From Lama guanicoe (lineage: Eukaryota): a stretch of DNA of 64,000 nt. Every line of letters starts with the position of its first letter. Within the stretch, counting starts at the first letter, position 1. Location: positions 9,569,231 through 9,633,230 of the forward strand of contig MU054187.1 in the NCBI GenBank assembly GCA_013239625.1, written 5' to 3'. The translations under genes were made by a program, and so were the position numbers. The notes under the pieces are model-generated. The model had not been told where the DNA came from and ran no database searches. It worked only from the letters and a program-made list of their open reading frames with translations. Of the stretch, positions 60,448 to 64,000 are shown one piece after another.

Positions 60448-61696
60448 CTAGAAAGGAAATATTAAAGTGATGTGAAAATTACTAAAATAACTACCCATTC
60501 TACCTCACAATTAGACTTTTTAAAAAACCAAGTAATTGATTGGATTATTTGGTAAGTACTTACTGCAAAAATTTTCTGATAATGACATTGTGATTCTCTT
60601 TATAAAATGATGTTTCAAAAATACATACTAAAATATTTATGATCAATTTTTTAGCTATTTATAGTGTTTACAGCCCTGTGAAGGCAGTTTAAAAGTTTTG
60701 TTCCCACAGCTCTCCTACCCCAAATCAAATCAGTCTTAACATGGAAAGAAATGTCAGTCTTTACTGCTTCAAAGTTTAGCAAAAGAGTTAAAGAGATGAT
60801 ATAATGTCAAAAAATGAGCCAAGAATGCTTTATATCCTACAGATTAGAGACTACGTTCGTAACACAAAGTCAGGTTTAGGTTTATTTCTCTTGTTTTCTT
60901 CCCTTGTTACAGAGTAAGGTTACCACATTAGAGAAATGGCCTGCTATGTAATAAATTTTCCTGAAAAGTTGTGTTAAAACACTGGTAAATCAGATCATTT
61001 TAAATGGATTACGAGAATGTGTTACATCGCTCTACAAAAAGCAGTGACTCAAAAAAGAGGAGGTGGCCCATCTGATCACCAGACATGTCTTCCAGGAATG
61101 CTTGAAAGTCAGGAAGGCTAGTTCTGCAGTCACTGCGGTGTAAAGCAGCAAACTTCCCCTTCAATGACCTCTCAGATTCTCTGGGTTGAATTCTTAAGAT
61201 AATATAATAGTAAAAATTTCTCCAGCCTTCATTTGCAGCTACATAATGGCTGCACAGCATCAGAAAAAAGGATTTTGCTTTACAACTTTAAGCCAGAAAG
61301 TTCACTGGAAACCATTATACCAACAAAAACCAAGCTGAAACTGCTTCCAACCACTTACCCTTTAAAGGTAGCAATTAAGGCTACAATTATTTATTATAAG
61401 AGAAGAGGTACCAGAAGTAGATTTAGATATCTTTAGTTTAAAAATGAAATAGTGCATCAGAAATCACCAGAAGTCTCTGGCTACAATTCCAATTGTTGAG
61501 TTTATATGTGCTCTGATGAGTGAGTCTCTCAAAAACCCAAATCTAGTTTGAGTGACAAAACAATAGTGAATCTCTAGTTACTGTTCCCGTCAATTCTGAA
61601 TGTAAAAGAAAAAGTATAATTTGTAATCAGTAAGTCCAAAGTGATAATTGAATAAACAACAACAAAAATCACTGAAAGAAATTTATAAATTCATAC

Positions 61697-61876
61697 CTGA
61701 AGATTCTTTTCCAATGTGACAACTTTGGAAGTGTTAGGGTTTGGTTTCTTTTTATTAAGTGTATATGTTTTGTTGGTTGAATTTATATCTTGTTTTTCAG
61801 GAGTCAAGTTGCACCTATTGTCATGTATTTCCAATAATGGTATCATTAATAAAGATGTTGTAAATATATTTTCTGA
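61697..61876 (-). CDS. MYBL1: A-MYB penultimate exon, 60 aa (SENIFTTSLLMIPLLEIHDNRCNLTPEKQDINSTNKTYTLNKKKPNPNTSKVVTLEKNLQ)
   Basis: Acceptor TTTTTCTCTCTTAG, donor GTATGA; 180 nt open frame, phase 0-0. Confidence 0.9.
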
Positions 61877-62311
61877 CTAAGAGAGAAAAAACAAAGAGGA
61901 AAGTAGAATAACTAATCCAGAAATGGAGACAAATGGAGGGACTACTGAGTAAGTGGTAGTGGAAGCCCTGTTCATTTCCCTCCAAGAAAGCTTTTGGCTC
62001 TGATGAAGTTTCTAGTAATGCAGTAAAATTAAATATTTCAGAAATGAACTAAAGATAAATACTGAAATGTAAAGCTTTGAGAACTACCATGTTTTGACAT
62101 CATATATATGAGAGCTAACTCCTCTGAGAACAAAACAAATTTAAAAAGCAAGGAAGTAAATAAAATACTCTCTTCAGTTAATCGAATTAGGCAGAATAAT
62201 ACTAAAGGAAACTCTATGTATCTCTGATGGACTAGCCACACAGTGAGTAAAATGTAAGAACCACTAGGACTTAAAGCAACCATCTCAAGAAAAGAAAAAT
62301 TCTTTACAAAC

Positions 62312-62416
62312 CTGCGTGTCTGAAATGTCTTCCGTCAATAGTTGAGTACCTGGTTCTTCTTTTTCCCAGTTATCTAAGACTAGTGATTTTCTGACTTTCC
62401 TTACAGAAGCAGTATG
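62312..62416 (-). CDS. MYBL1: A-MYB coding exon (HTASVRKVRKSLVLDNWEKEEPGTQLLTEDISDTQ)
   Basis: Acceptor TTCTAG, donor GTTTGT; 105 nt, phase 0-0; contains the KVRKSL motif shared by A-MYB and B-MYB; preceded by an 88-nt intron. Confidence 0.92.
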
Positions 62417-62504
62417 CTAGAATGAATAATTTATAATAGGAACATTACGGTGAAGTCACTTGAACACAGTATGACTTTTATTAACAATGATACTGAAAGA
62501 TTAC

Positions 62505-62621
62505 CTCTTGTTTGCAGCTTTTGTAAGCAGGTTCATCCTCCTCTTTGAGGAATATGTCTGTTCCAGTTTCTTCTTTCAAAACTTCCCGAATATCTTCTTC
62601 CAAGAAGGCAAGTGGCTGTGA
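62505..62621 (-). CDS. MYBL1: A-MYB coding exon (SQPLAFLEEDIREVLKEETGTDIFLKEEDEPAYKSCKQE)
   Basis: Minus-strand TTTAG acceptor and GTAA donor; 117 nt, phase 0-0; resembles the MYB-family C-terminal conserved region (LEEDIREVLK). Upstream exons lie beyond the window. Confidence 0.92.
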
Positions 62622-64000
62622 CTAAATTATTTTTTAAAGGATTTTTAAAGTCTTTTATACCAATTCCTTTTTCTCCCCATATATAGAAACCCAACTTTTA
62701 CACTTTTTCATTATTGGCATAATTTTCTCCTGGTAACCTACAGATACATAAGTTGAATAAATTAATGAACTAATCCATTCTATGACAAAAATAATTTTGC
62801 ACATTCCAAGTGCTAAATGAGGTGTGGCACTTTCTGCACTCCAGGGAACTAAACAAAAATCTTCCTTTTGGGGAACCTATTACAGCTCCTGCTTCAATCA
62901 GGATCCTCACAATTAAATAGAAAAGAAAGATTATTTCCCCAAGTATTTTTACATAAAAATAGGAAATACAGAACAAACTGGGACTACACTAGCTCTCCTT
63001 ATTCTACTTCTATGGTACTAGTTAGAGTGTGTGTAACCACTAGTTAGCAGGGTTCTCTTACCACTAAATGTGAGTTACTTAAGAGCAGTGGTGACATCTT
63101 TTTCATCTGTGTATAGATCTCTGCACACCTAGCCTTAAGCTTAAAGCTGAGACACAGTGTTCAAGAAGTGTGTGTATGTGTACTGGAGTGTGGAAGAGCA
63201 GGAAACAAAAAACTTGAATGTGGGTTGAATAATGAAATAGTCTCAAAATACTATTCATCCACCTTTCTATCAAATAGCTAGGCACACCATATATTCAGAA
63301 AAAATTTTAATTATATCAAACTTAATATCTACCATAACCAAGATTTGTTTAGCCCATGTCTCCAGTCAATAAAGTCAGGAAGAACAGCAGCCATATATAA
63401 ATGAGATTTCACAGTACGTACAAAAACTTTAAAAATGGAAATAGATTTTAAAGTGCTCTCATCTACAGCCTGAGACATGCAGGAATCATGTCAGTATGTC
63501 TGTGTGTTGCTCCAAGAGCTTTTGTTTTAAAGATTACATTTCACAAAGAACATACATTAGACGTTCTTAAAAAGAAATCTGGAATCTGTTGTTTCCCCTA
63601 TAAGAATACAAATGTCCTATGGCTAAGACATAGATGAATTCATCACCACCAACAATTATTCTCTTAATTGTCCTAATGTGACAAAGAAAAAGAACTGCTG
63701 CACTTAACACTTCTCAGGTTAGGGAATACCAAAATTAATAGATTTATATTTAAAGAACTTCCAAGGTTTCTGAGTAATTTTCAATAAACATCAGATGAAA
63801 CAATGTTTATTAAGAAAGCAACATATAATTAAGATGTACCTGATTAAAATTCTAAAGCCAATCTCTAAGAAGTGCATTTGACTCATAGTAAGACACATTA
63901 GAGAGCTCAGTGGTTAGCACATACTAGGTGCTCAGTATAAACTGGAGCATGAGGAGCAGGAGGAATGAAAAGTCAGTTCACTGCCAATGAGCCTATAGAT

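Noticed and set aside
61359..61380. Possible 22-nt poison micro-exon in the last MYBL1 intron (minus-strand AG...GG|GTAAGT)
   Set aside because: The donor is strong but the acceptor has a poor adjacent pyrimidine tract; such matches are common by chance and there is no transcript evidence.
1..64000. CRISPR arrays, operons, rRNA genes or other prokaryote-type systems
   Set aside because: The sequence is intron-containing mammalian DNA; I saw no regularly spaced direct repeats and no gene-dense segments.

Overview
Mammalian genomic DNA, most likely camelid (inferred from four copies of a tRNA-derived SINE of the camelid type, and no Alu, BovB/BovA, PRE-1 or Can-SINE that I could recognise). 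The window holds two convergent genes. (1) VXN (vexin, C8orf46 orthologue) on +: complete six-exon CDS at 139-205, 4366-4421, 12169-12319, 15966-16027, 18790-18881 and 20743-20926. That is 612 nt / 203 aa, with all introns GT-AG and in phase, and a 3' UTR to about 23.2 kb. (2) The last four coding exons of MYBL1 (A-MYB) on -: 62505-62621, 62312-62416, 61697-61876 and 60319-60447, plus a ~2.5 kb 3' UTR ending near 57.8 kb. About 34.6 kb of intergenic DNA lies between them, rich in L1, MIR, L2, LTR and DNA-transposon remnants and microsatellites. I found no evidence for a new gene family or multi-gene system; nearly all ORF-track entries look like chance ORFs. The most interesting observations are: a twin-primed, internally deleted L1 insertion with a perfect 17-bp TSD (55.2-55.7 kb); a candidate proneural-bHLH/ARE enhancer (40.4-40.8 kb); a homeodomain/OTX-CRX motif cluster in VXN intron 5; an in-frame uORF ahead of VXN; a dense miRNA seed-site array in the MYBL1 3' UTR; and several nested transposon insertions. 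Gene and repeat-family names come from recall of known sequences, not from a database search.
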